Origin: a bacterium
GTDB lineage: Bacteria; Electryoneota; Tariuqbacteria; Tariuqbacterales; JADHWD01
Length of the DNA: 51,569 bases
NCBI GenBank assembly: GCA_016783645.1
Contig: JADHWD010000001.1
Span: 1-51,569, forward strand
Direction: 5' to 3'
Shown here: in pieces, positions 1 through 8,542 of the stretch
Layout: each line of letters starts with the position of its first letter
Position numbering within the stretch: position 1 is the stretch's first letter
Translations under genes and position numbers: made by a program
Notes under the pieces: generated by a model
Database searches by the model: none
What the model saw: the letters and a program-made list of their open reading frames with translations, nothing else
What the model was told of the DNA's origin: nothing

Positions 1-27
1 GTTAAGAGTTAAGAGTTAAGAGTTAAT
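1..27. repeat. Heptamer tandem repeat (GTTAAGA)n, truncated by window edge
   Basis: gttaaga x3 + gttaa read directly; the unit is the reverse complement of the AACTCTT array at 47244-47320. Confidence 0.9.
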
Positions 28-43
28 TGAATAAATTCAATGT

Positions 44-70
44 TTTCATCCCTTTTATCCCTTTCATCCC
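44..70. repeat. 9-nt-period direct repeat TTTYATCCC x3 followed by TGTAAA
   Basis: tttcatccc ttttatccc tttcatccc tgtaaa; sister array at 179-205. Confidence 0.8.
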
Positions 71-178
71 TGTAAATTTTAATAAGGGGAAATATCACTG
101 TAAGAGATGGACTCTTATACTTAATGCGTAAGATACTAAATCTGAAAATTTAGACTATAATATTTTAAAAATATAAGA

Positions 179-205
179 TTTATCCTGTTTATCCTGTTCA
201 TCTTG
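179..205. repeat. 9-nt-period direct repeat TTYATCYTG x3 followed by TAAAA, ~35 nt upstream of the first gene
   Basis: tttatcctg tttatcctg ttcatcttg taaaa; same TTYATCC core as 44-70. Confidence 0.8.
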
Positions 206-238
206 TAAAATTCTTGAATTAATAAGGATAGGAGAGTT

Positions 239-1327
239 ATGATTAAAGAAAAGCATTTTATTTCTTACCGGGTCAATTTTTACCTTCGACATTATATAAG
301 AAAAATTCTGCGGTTCCTTTTAAACATCATATATATAAAAATCCGCTTCAATAAGAGATTTCACTGCAAGTGTATCTTTGAAGGGTATGATATTATGATT
401 TTATGCGATGGCTCCGTTTTCTGCGTTTGTGGTGATTTTGGTATGGAAAAACCGCTGGGAAATATTTACCGGAATTCTATCACCGAGATTTGGAAGGGGA
501 CAGAATTTGAAAGACTGCGCGCTGCTTTTCGTAAGAATAAGCTGCCACTCGACTATTGTTCCCATTGCATTGGAGCGGCTTTGATACCTAAAAATGCCCC
601 GCTTCCCCAGACCGCCGATTTCCCGGAAGTAGTTCATCTGGAAACCACAGTGCAATGTAATCTTGAATGTTCTTTTTGTCATCGAGATGTGATTGAATCG
701 CAACGCGGTAGTAAAATCCTGCCACCAAAAATTGTTTTCCAGTTAATCGATGAAATAATCGCTCACCGATGCTCTAAATTCCTGCTCTTAGTCGGTTACG
801 GCGAACCTTTCCTGGATAAAAACAGCTACGAATACTGCAAATATTTGAAACAACATTTCCCCGAGATTATAATCGGCTCTTCCAGCAACGCTATACCCTT
901 CTCACACTATGAAAACGCACGAAAGTTGGTAGAAAGCGGAATTGATGCCTTAGTTCTTTCCATCGATGGTGTCGATGATAAGACCTATCTTCGATACCAG
1001 GTGGGAGGCGATTTGGAAAAAGCGCTGCAGGGTATGAAAAACATCATTCAGGCTCGCAGGGAAACCGGAAGCTTCGCTCCAAATATTATCTGGCAATACT
1101 TGCTCTTCAACTGGAGTGATAAACAGCCTATGATAGATAAAGCAATAGCATTAGCAAAGGAATACCAAGTGGATATACTACATTTTCTACCTACCTTTTC
1201 CCCCATCAGCGGTATATCCTGGAAATACATATTCAAACCTTACTGGGGTATGATTTACAGATTTTGCGGTCCCGAAAGAGAATATAATCCGCATAATCGT
1301 GCCCTGATTGTCGAAATGAAGCAATAA
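239..1327 (+). CDS. Radical SAM protein with an N-terminal SPASM/twitch-like Cys-rich motif
   Basis: 362-aa ORF with AGGAGAG just upstream of the ATG. CX3CX2C cluster motif 'CNLECSFC' at ~aa 140. N-terminal 'DGSVFCVCGD..PLGNIYRNSITEIW..CSHC' resembles the auxiliary-cluster SPASM signature. Confidence 0.75.
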   Translation: MIKEKHFISYRVNFYLRHYIRKILRFLLNIIYIKIRFNKRFHCKCIFEGYDIMILCDGSVFCVCGDFGMEKPLGNIYRNSITEIWKGTEFERLRAAFRKNKLPLDYCSHCIGAALIPKNAPLPQTADFPEVVHLETTVQCNLECSFCHRDVIESQRGSKILPPKIVFQLIDEIIAHRCSKFLLLVGYGEPFLDKNSYEYCKYLKQHFPEIIIGSSSNAIPFSHYENARKLVESGIDALVLSIDGVDDKTYLRYQVGGDLEKALQGMKNIIQARRETGSFAPNIIWQYLLFNWSDKQPMIDKAIALAKEYQVDILHFLPTFSPISGISWKYIFKPYWGMIYRFCGPEREYNPHNRALIVEMKQ

Positions 1328-1344
1328 GAATAAAAAGCATTCGG

Positions 1345-1376
1345 CTTGCAACTTGTAACTTGTAACTTGCAACTTT
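1345..1376. repeat. Heptamer tandem repeat CTTGYAA x4.5, 18 nt after the stop codon
   Basis: cttgcaa cttgtaa cttgtaa cttgcaa cttt read directly. Confidence 0.85.
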
Positions 1377-1385
1377 ATAGATAAA

Positions 1386-2804
1386 ATGCGAATATTTTTA
1401 ACGAGACCCGATTCCGACATACCCGCCGCACCGCCGCCTTTGGGAGCGATGTGTTTAGCGGCTTATATCCGCCAGTTCCGTGATGATGAGATAAAGATAT
1501 ATGACGCCCGCGCCCGTATGGCTTCCCCCGAAGAAGCGGCGGAGGAAGCGAAGAATTTCGACCCCGATGTGGTGGGTATTTCCTCTTTCAGCATGGAGCG
1601 TGATGTCAGTTTCGCTTTAGCGAAGGCGGTGAAAAAGGTGAAGCCTTCCGTTAAAGTGTTCATCGGAGGACCCTTTCCATCTTCGGACCCGGAAGGCGCT
1701 TTATCGGAAGCGGCGATTGACGCCGCCTTCATCGCCGAAGGCGAGCAATCCTTTTTACATGCGCTCAACAGCTTGGAGAGCTCCGGCGAAATCGAACCTG
1801 CAGACGGCATCGCTTTACGGAAAAACGGCGGAGTCATCGTTAAAGGCAAACCCGGATTAATCGAAGATCTGGATTCACTGCCGGTTCCGGCCTGGGATTT
1901 GGCGGGACTTGACTATTATTTCCATAAACCTAAAAAACGCCCCATGATGAACCGCCTGCCGCGGCACCGCCACGGAGCTTCAGTGTTCACCACCAGGGGC
2001 TGTCCCTACGGCTGCTCCTATTGCCATAACATCTTCGGTAAGATAACCCGCAAGCGCAGTCCGGAAAAAGTTATCGAAGAACTCAGGATTCTTTATCATG
2101 ATTATGGCGTGCGGGAATTGGAATTCCTCGATGATATCTTCAATGTGGATATGAAGCGGGCGGGAAGAATATTCGACTTGATGGAAACCGAAAGATTGAA
2201 ATTCAATATCACTTTCCCTAACGGTCTGCGGGCGGAATTGATGAATGATGAACTGCTGGATAAATTCAGACGCAACGGCGTATATTGGATCACTTTCGCT
2301 ATCGAATCCGGTTCGCCCCGCATACAGAAAGAGATCAAGAAGAATGTCAATCTTCCTAAAGCCAAGGCTAACATCGAATTAGCGGCGAAGAAGGGGATAA
2401 ATGTCAACGGTTTCTTCATGATGGGTTTCCTCAATGAGACCGATGAAGACATCATGCAGACCATCGAATTCGCCGCTTCGACGAGGCTGATAATCGCTTC
2501 ATTTTTCATCCTGACTCCTTTCCCCAATACGGAGATATATGACCAGGCGGCCGCCGCCGGGCACAATATGCTGGCTAATTACAGCGATTATCATGACCTG
2601 TCGGTCAATCTCAGTAAAGTATCAAATGAGAGACTCTGGCAATTGAAGAGGCTCGCCTATAAGAAATTTTATCTGAATTTCAAGCGGGTATGGTATATCC
2701 TAAAAGCCAACCCTTTCAAGATAGGACTATTCGACGGTATCTGGATGTTGATCAAGATGGTGGTGTGGGGAAAAGAGATATTGAAGCGGAAGCAGGTGAA
2801 TTAA
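1386..2804 (+). CDS. Class B (B12-binding-domain) radical SAM protein, subfamily A, paralogue 1
   Basis: 472 aa. N-terminal Rossmann-type pattern (MRIFLTRP..PPLG..DVVGISSF..FIGGP), cluster motif 'CPYGCSYC' and 'AIESGSP' motif. Collinear with the ORFs at 3320, 5482, 6915 and 8795. Confidence 0.9.
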   Translation: MRIFLTRPDSDIPAAPPPLGAMCLAAYIRQFRDDEIKIYDARARMASPEEAAEEAKNFDPDVVGISSFSMERDVSFALAKAVKKVKPSVKVFIGGPFPSSDPEGALSEAAIDAAFIAEGEQSFLHALNSLESSGEIEPADGIALRKNGGVIVKGKPGLIEDLDSLPVPAWDLAGLDYYFHKPKKRPMMNRLPRHRHGASVFTTRGCPYGCSYCHNIFGKITRKRSPEKVIEELRILYHDYGVRELEFLDDIFNVDMKRAGRIFDLMETERLKFNITFPNGLRAELMNDELLDKFRRNGVYWITFAIESGSPRIQKEIKKNVNLPKAKANIELAAKKGINVNGFFMMGFLNETDEDIMQTIEFAASTRLIIASFFILTPFPNTEIYDQAAAAGHNMLANYSDYHDLSVNLSKVSNERLWQLKRLAYKKFYLNFKRVWYILKANPFKIGLFDGIWMLIKMVVWGKEILKRKQVN

Positions 2805-2809
2805 AACCC

Positions 2810-2873
2810 AGTTTGCAAGTTGACAGGTTGGCAAGTTTACAAGTAACAAGTGGCAAGTAACAAGTGGCAAGTA
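2810..2873. repeat. Degenerate 7-8-nt tandem repeat (GTNNRCAA)n, 6 nt after the stop codon
   Basis: gtttgcaa gttgacag gttggcaa gtttacaa gtaacaa gtggcaa gtaacaa gtggcaa gtag. Confidence 0.85.
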
Positions 2874-3319
2874 GCGTGGCGGTTAAACATGGTCAGCAAG
2901 AAAATATAATCGGCGATAATTTTTGAAAAAGAAATTCTTGAAACGGATTTTGTAGACATCTTAGGGCTGACCATGCCACCCAGTTATGTATGACATGGGT
3001 GGCACAGCCAGCCCTTATAATGAGATAACAAGATGTAATAATTTCATAGCTGTAAATATGGTATTACCATTTATCATACCGGCTGGCTGTGCGAGAGAAG
3101 AAGAAATTAAAAGTGCCTTTTAACCGTGATTAGCAAAAATTATCCCGTCAGGTTACTCTTCATTTGAAACCCGACGGAAACGGAATGACGATATGGTGAA
3201 GCGTTTATTTGATTTAAGATAAAAAAATTTATAACTTTAAAATTTGGGTATCTTGCTCGTATGATTCATTTTATAACAGTTTTGGAAGGTATCATGAATC
3301 CGTAGGGTGAGGAATTTAT

Positions 3320-4720
3320 ATGAAAATACTGTTGATACGCCCTCATTCCGATGTCCCCGCAGCGCCACCGCCCATAGGTCTGATGTACCTTACAGGATAC
3401 CTCCGTACTAAAAATCAGCATGAAATAGAGATATATGACGGCCGGGTTAAGGAAACCGGCGCCGGCTTTACCGCCGATGTGATAAAATCCGCTCGTCCTG
3501 ATATAGTAGGAATCACCGCTTTTTCCATGGAAGCTGATCAGGCGCATCAAATCGCCCGCATATCCAAACATGAAGCGCCGTCCGCCGCGGTGATTATCGG
3601 CGGACCCTATCCCTCCTCCGACCCGGAAGGAACATTATCCGACCCCGCGGTGGACTTCGCGGTAAAAGGTGAAGGCGAAATCGTATTGGCTCAGTTATTG
3701 GAAACGCTGGAGAACGGATGGAAGGTTGACGATGTCGGCGGTTTGGCTTTCAGGAGAAACGGCGGATTGGTAGATACTGGTCCCTGTGAAACAGCGGCTA
3801 ACCTGGATGATATTCCGTTCCCAGCCTGGGATATGATTGATTTGGAGGAGTATTTCCGCCCCAGCGCCTCTAAAAGGCGGTTGACTAATCCCATACAAAT
3901 GAAAAGGCGGGGGATTCCGGTGGTATCCACCCGGGGATGCCCTTATGGCTGCACCTACTGCCATAACATCTTCGGACGGAAACTGCGCAAACGGTCGCCG
4001 GAAAATGTTATCGCCGAACTTAAATGGCTCAAAGAGAAGCTGGCGATTGAGGAAATCGAATACATCGATGATGTTTTCAATTTGGACATCAAACGCGCCA
4101 AGCTGATAATGGATATGATGATAGCGGAGAAGCTGAATCTCAAGTTCTCTTTCCCCAACGGACTGCGAGCCGACCAGATGGATGAGGAACTAATCGATAA
4201 GATGAAAGCCGCCGGATGCTACCGCATCAATTACGCCATAGAATCCGGTTCTGACCGGATTCAGAAGCAGATACATAAGAATCTGAATTTAGAGCGGGCG
4301 ATGGAGATAATTAATTATACGGCGGAGAAGAATATCAGCGTAGGCGGATTTTTCATGCTGGGTTTCCAGGATGAGACCGAGTCGGAGATGCGGCGCACCA
4401 TCGATTTCGCCTTGAAATCCAAATGCCACACCGCTTCTTTTTTCATCTTAACTCCATTCCCCGGCACCGAGATGTACCGGGAAGCGGCTGCTGCGGGATA
4501 TGATATGGAGGGGATATATTCCGATTACGGAGCGGTGTCCGCTAATATATCGCAGGTGTCCTCCGAACAAATATTGAAGATGCGTAAAGACGCTTTCCGG
4601 CGGTTTTATTTCGATCCTATAAGGATGTGCTCGATCTTCCGCACTACGCCGAATAAGATGGCGCTTTTACGGAATGTGATTAGGACAGCGAAATTGTCAT
4701 TTCTGGGGAAGGAATATTAA
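3320..4720 (+). CDS. Class B radical SAM protein, subfamily A, paralogue 2
   Basis: 466 aa; 'MKILLIRPHSDVPAAPPPIG', 'CPYGCTYC', 'AIESGSD'; GAGG upstream of the ATG. Confidence 0.9.
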   Translation: MKILLIRPHSDVPAAPPPIGLMYLTGYLRTKNQHEIEIYDGRVKETGAGFTADVIKSARPDIVGITAFSMEADQAHQIARISKHEAPSAAVIIGGPYPSSDPEGTLSDPAVDFAVKGEGEIVLAQLLETLENGWKVDDVGGLAFRRNGGLVDTGPCETAANLDDIPFPAWDMIDLEEYFRPSASKRRLTNPIQMKRRGIPVVSTRGCPYGCTYCHNIFGRKLRKRSPENVIAELKWLKEKLAIEEIEYIDDVFNLDIKRAKLIMDMMIAEKLNLKFSFPNGLRADQMDEELIDKMKAAGCYRINYAIESGSDRIQKQIHKNLNLERAMEIINYTAEKNISVGGFFMLGFQDETESEMRRTIDFALKSKCHTASFFILTPFPGTEMYREAAAAGYDMEGIYSDYGAVSANISQVSSEQILKMRKDAFRRFYFDPIRMCSIFRTTPNKMALLRNVIRTAKLSFLGKEY

Positions 4721-4721
4721 G

Positions 4722-5297
4722 ATGGTAAGAAATCGCGAAGATTTTGCCAAGAAGATTCTAGAAATTGACAACGAAAAAATTGTTGATATTATATATGAGA
4801 ACTCAAATAATCTTGTTAATATAGAATTAGAGAGACATCGCCGAATAGTTGATAAAGGAAGAGATTATCTTGGAATGACTTTGATCATTTTAGGAATAAT
4901 AGTTGGAATCGGAAATATTGTATTTAGTAAATATTCTATAGGATCTTTGTCTAATCTGAGTCTGATTCCAATTTTGGTTTTTTTATTTTACATTGCTTCA
5001 ATTACTTTATTCGTAGTGTCATTGTTTGCGTATTATAAAATTTCCTTTATACATGAGTATTTATGGACAGATTTTGAAGATACGGTTTTTATTCCAGATG
5101 TTGAAGAAAATGTTACATATTATTATAAATGCTCCCAACTTGTCAATACCTGGTATAGGATTGAATTGTTCAGACAATTGAATGAAAAATTGGTGTTTCG
5201 ACTTAATAAGGCAAGCCTATTATCTTTGGGAGGTATTGTTTCCATAATTATTTCATTGATCTTAGTTCTTTGTGGTTTAATATTTTCAGGAGTATAA
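4722..5297 (+). CDS. Hypothetical membrane protein (about 3 TM helices), low-GC
   Basis: 191 aa. The ATG lies 1 nt after the upstream stop. Hydrophobic stretches are 'LGMTLIILGIIVGIGNIVF', 'LIPILVFLFYIASITLFVVSLFAYY' and 'LLSLGGIVSIIISLILVLCGLIF'. No family recognised. Confidence 0.6.
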   Translation: MVRNREDFAKKILEIDNEKIVDIIYENSNNLVNIELERHRRIVDKGRDYLGMTLIILGIIVGIGNIVFSKYSIGSLSNLSLIPILVFLFYIASITLFVVSLFAYYKISFIHEYLWTDFEDTVFIPDVEENVTYYYKCSQLVNTWYRIELFRQLNEKLVFRLNKASLLSLGGIVSIIISLILVLCGLIFSGV

Positions 5298-5299
5298 TC

Positions 5300-5482
5300 A
5301 TGAATTCATTAAGAAATAGCAATAAAAAAAAATCTACTTTGCACAATGGGGAAAAGAATCAGGATAATACAAATAAGCCTTCCCCCAATGATATAATTTC
5401 TCCAACAGCCGGTCAGTGGATAACAGAAGGCATAAATCCCAATAAAGTTACAAAGAAGGGATCACAGAAAAGTAACAAATAA
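5300..5482 (+). CDS. Small hydrophilic Lys/Asn-rich protein (60 aa), function unknown
   Basis: AGGAG (5288-5292) lies 7 nt upstream of ATG 5300. The stop overlaps the next start (TAATG at 5480-5484). No Cys and no TM segment. The ORF-track start at 5270 overlaps the preceding gene and was not used. Confidence 0.45.
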   Translation: MNSLRNSNKKKSTLHNGEKNQDNTNKPSPNDIISPTAGQWITEGINPNKVTKKGSQKSNK

Positions 5483-6882
5483 TGAAAATCCTCTTCATAC
5501 GGCCTAACAGCGAAGTGCCCTCCTCCGCCCCGCCTATGGGTCTGCTCTATCTCGGAGCTTACCTGCGGGAATACGGCAGACATGAGATTGAAATCTACGA
5601 CGCCCGTAATCTGGGCTCTAACCTGAAACAGATCGGCCAGGCGGTTAAAAAATCTAATCCCGATATCATCGGAATCACCGCCTTCTCCATGGAACAGAAG
5701 GAAGCGCACCAGCTCGCCAAATTATCCAAGGAGATCTATCCCGATAGACCGGTGGTCATCGGAGGCCCCTATGCCACTTCACAGCCCGAAGATGCTATGC
5801 GGGATAACAATATCGACTATGCTGTCATCGGTGAGGGCGAACGCTCCGGCTTGAGGCTGTTCAATATGCTGGAAAACGGAGGAAATCCCGCAGAAGTCAA
5901 TGAAATCGCTTTCCGCAATGATGATAAAGTTGTCCGCACCAATTCCGTGGATTACATCATCGACCTCGATGAGATTCCCTTTCCCGCCTGGGATCTGATA
6001 GATTTCGAAAGTTATTTCGGCAGTGAAGGCGGTAAGCGTAAGACCTTCAACCAGCATCAGATGAAAGAACGGGTTTGGCAGTTGATAACTACCCGCGGCT
6101 GTCCCTATAGATGCCTTTATTGCCATAATCTATTCGGTAAGATGATTCGCAAGCGTTCAGTGGAAAATGTCATAGAAGAACTGAAAATTTTAAAAAATAA
6201 GTATAATGTCGAAGAGATAGAGATCATCGATGATATTTTCAATCTTGACCTCGTCCGCGCTAAGGAGATTCTCCGCAGTATAATCGCCGAAAAACTCGAT
6301 CTCAAGTTCTGCTTCCCCAACGGGCTCAGATCTGACCGTTTCGATGAAGAACTACTCGACTTAATGAAAGAAGCGGGTGCCTACCGATTAGTTTTCGCCA
6401 TTGAATCGGGTTCTCCCCGCATACAAAAACTAATCAGGAAAAATGTCAAACTCGATATCGCCCAGAAAAATATCGAACTCGCCGCTCGCCGCGGTTTTTC
6501 TATCGGCGGATTTTTTATGATCGGATTTCCCACCGAAACCGAAGAGGAAGTGATGAATACCATCAAATTCGCCCTCGCTTCTAAGATGGTGACCGCCACT
6601 TTCTTCATGGTTACTCCGTTCCCCGGCACCGAACTGCATAAGCTGGCGCTCGATTTAGGCTTCGAACTGCCCGCTGAATATGAACACTATCAAAAAGTAT
6701 CCCTAAATGTATCAAAAGTCCCAACAGTAAAATTGGAGCGGCTCCGCCAATTAGCTTTGCGTAAATTTTATCTCGATCCGCGGCGGATAATTCAATATAT
6801 GAAGACCACTCCCTGGCGGCACCGTTTCTTCCAAAAATTATATATCCTAATAATGGCGACTCTGTTCAAATATGAGAAATAG
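5482..6882 (+). CDS. Class B radical SAM protein, subfamily A, paralogue 3
   Basis: 466 aa; 'MKILFIRPNSEVPSSAPPMG', 'CPYRCLYC', 'AIESGSP'. Confidence 0.9.
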   Translation: MKILFIRPNSEVPSSAPPMGLLYLGAYLREYGRHEIEIYDARNLGSNLKQIGQAVKKSNPDIIGITAFSMEQKEAHQLAKLSKEIYPDRPVVIGGPYATSQPEDAMRDNNIDYAVIGEGERSGLRLFNMLENGGNPAEVNEIAFRNDDKVVRTNSVDYIIDLDEIPFPAWDLIDFESYFGSEGGKRKTFNQHQMKERVWQLITTRGCPYRCLYCHNLFGKMIRKRSVENVIEELKILKNKYNVEEIEIIDDIFNLDLVRAKEILRSIIAEKLDLKFCFPNGLRSDRFDEELLDLMKEAGAYRLVFAIESGSPRIQKLIRKNVKLDIAQKNIELAARRGFSIGGFFMIGFPTETEEEVMNTIKFALASKMVTATFFMVTPFPGTELHKLALDLGFELPAEYEHYQKVSLNVSKVPTVKLERLRQLALRKFYLDPRRIIQYMKTTPWRHRFFQKLYILIMATLFKYEK

Positions 6883-6914
6883 TTATTCACTGTGAATCTC
6901 CTATTCGTTTAATC

Positions 6915-8333
6915 ATGAAGGTGTTATTCCTACGGCCGCATTCGACAGTTCCCGCCTGCACACCGCCGCTTGGAGTGCTGTCCTTGACCAGTTATATTCG
7001 AAAATATGGCGGACACGAAGCCACTATTTTTGATGGCAGAGTGTTAATGATTCCACATGAGCGAATCAAACCCTATATAGAGCATTACAATCCTGACATA
7101 GTCGGTATCACTGCGATGTCAGCGGAGAGGAATCAAGCGCACGAACTCGCAGAATTATCAAAAGAGCTGTTCCCTAAAGTTCCGGTTGTTATCGGAGGAC
7201 CTTATACTACCGCCGAATGGAATAGAGTCTTGGCGGACAAAAACATCGATTACGCAGTGATCGGTGAGGGAGAATCCACACTGTTAAATCTGCTTAAGTT
7301 TCTTGAAGAAGGTAATAATTATCCCGAAATCAAGGGGCTGGCTTTCAGGAAAGACGGGATCCCGCTCTTCTTTGGTTTTCAGGAGTCAATCGCGGATTTG
7401 GATTCCATTCCCATGGTGGCGTGGGACGCCATAGATTTGGAGCTCTATATCCACAATAAGAAGAAGCGGTGCGGGATGAATCAGCATTGCAGTTCGGAGC
7501 GGGTAGCGCCGGTGTTAACCACCAGGGGATGTCCATATCAGTGCTCTTACTGCCATAATATGTTCGGCAAGAAACTGCGCCAGCGTTCGGCGGAACATGT
7601 GATGAATGAACTGATCTATTTGAAGCGCAATTATGATATCAAAGAGATTGATATCATAGATGATATCTTCAACTTTGATAAAGCGCGGGCGATGAAGATT
7701 TGCGGCCTTATAATCGAAGAGAAGCTGAATATCAGATTCACCTTCCCCAACGGACTGCGTACGGATTTGATGGATGAAGAGCTGGTCGATAAACTGATAG
7801 AGGCTGGCGCCCGCCGCTTTGTGTATCCTATAGAATCAGGTTCTCCCGAAGTCCAAAAGCGGGTCAAAAAAAATTTAAACCTGGAAAAAGCGAAAAAAAT
7901 CATCGATTATACCGCCAGTAAGAATGTTTCTGTAGGCTCTTACTTTATATTGGGTTTTATCGATGAGACGGAAGAAGAGATGCGGATGACCATCAATTTC
8001 GCCTTCAAATCGAAGATAGTCACCGCTTCTTTCTTCGTCCTGCAGCCTTTTCCCAACACTAAAATCTATGAGCAAGCGGTTGAAGCGGGTTACATCAAGC
8101 AGGAAAAAGAGCTGCAACAATATTACAGCGCCATTCAAAACATCTCCAAGGTATCAAAAGAGAGGATTGACAAACTGCGGAGATACGCCATGTGCAGATT
8201 CTATTTTAATCCTTGGAGGATGTATCGATTTTTCAGAACGACTCCCGTCAGACACGCGTTTTGGACAAAGGTCAAACTAATCATGTTGTATTTATTCACT
8301 ACCAATCCGGAGGAGAAGGGCGCGTTGTTTTAG
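6915..8333 (+). CDS. Class B radical SAM protein, subfamily A, paralogue 4
   Basis: 472 aa; 'MKVLFLRPHSTVPACTPPLG', 'CPYQCSYC', 'PIESGSP'. Confidence 0.9.
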   Translation: MKVLFLRPHSTVPACTPPLGVLSLTSYIRKYGGHEATIFDGRVLMIPHERIKPYIEHYNPDIVGITAMSAERNQAHELAELSKELFPKVPVVIGGPYTTAEWNRVLADKNIDYAVIGEGESTLLNLLKFLEEGNNYPEIKGLAFRKDGIPLFFGFQESIADLDSIPMVAWDAIDLELYIHNKKKRCGMNQHCSSERVAPVLTTRGCPYQCSYCHNMFGKKLRQRSAEHVMNELIYLKRNYDIKEIDIIDDIFNFDKARAMKICGLIIEEKLNIRFTFPNGLRTDLMDEELVDKLIEAGARRFVYPIESGSPEVQKRVKKNLNLEKAKKIIDYTASKNVSVGSYFILGFIDETEEEMRMTINFAFKSKIVTASFFVLQPFPNTKIYEQAVEAGYIKQEKELQQYYSAIQNISKVSKERIDKLRRYAMCRFYFNPWRMYRFFRTTPVRHAFWTKVKLIMLYLFTTNPEEKGALF

Positions 8334-8368
8334 TCGTTAGTTAAGTAGTTAAGCGGTAAAACAGTAGA

Positions 8369-8434
8369 GTAGGGGCGAAGCATTTTTACTTAACAATATA
8401 AATTTTAATCACTTAAAAAATGCTTCGCCCTTAC
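8369..8434 (+). repeat. Long hairpin element (about 18-bp stem, AT-rich ~28-nt loop), copy 1
   Basis: gtaggggcgaagcattttt ... aaaaatgcttcgcccttac. One G-T position pairs only as a G-U wobble on the + strand. Second copy at 43513-43580. Confidence 0.8.
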
Positions 8435-8542
8435 ATCCCACAAATTTATCGCTAAATTAAGCGCTTAACTTGGAGGCGATCCTTCACTTCGTTCAGGATG
8501 ACATATTGTCTGACATGATGCAAAGTCTAAAGTCCAGACAGG

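Noticed and set aside
1463-2566. Antisense ORFs inside the rSAM genes (1463..1849, 2102..2566, and analogous ones at 3691..4158, 5779..6639, 7345..8138, 9218..9702, 11065..11840, 14155..14833)
   Set aside because: These are shadow ORFs of GC-rich, strongly supported + strand genes. They have low-complexity Ser/Pro/Ala/Arg composition and no independent start signals.
2805-3319. Cobalamin riboswitch in the long leaders of the B12-type rSAM genes (also 8334-8794)
   Set aside because: I could not find a B12-box-like core (AGYCMGGAGACCKGCC-type) or the conserved GCCACTG element. The stems present look like repeat-element palindromes. This was judged by eye only, and an Rfam scan would be decisive.
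8347-8470. Integron attC site / gene-cassette array. GTTAAGC...GCTTAAC fits the GTTRRRY and RYYYAAC cores, and the TA genes and co-directional ORFs resemble a chromosomal integron.
   Set aside because: The polarity is wrong. Canonical attC is 5'-RYYYAAC...GTTRRRY-3' with AAC facing the interior. Here GTT is exterior on either strand. Most gene junctions lack any such palindrome, many genes overlap, and no intI or attI is present.
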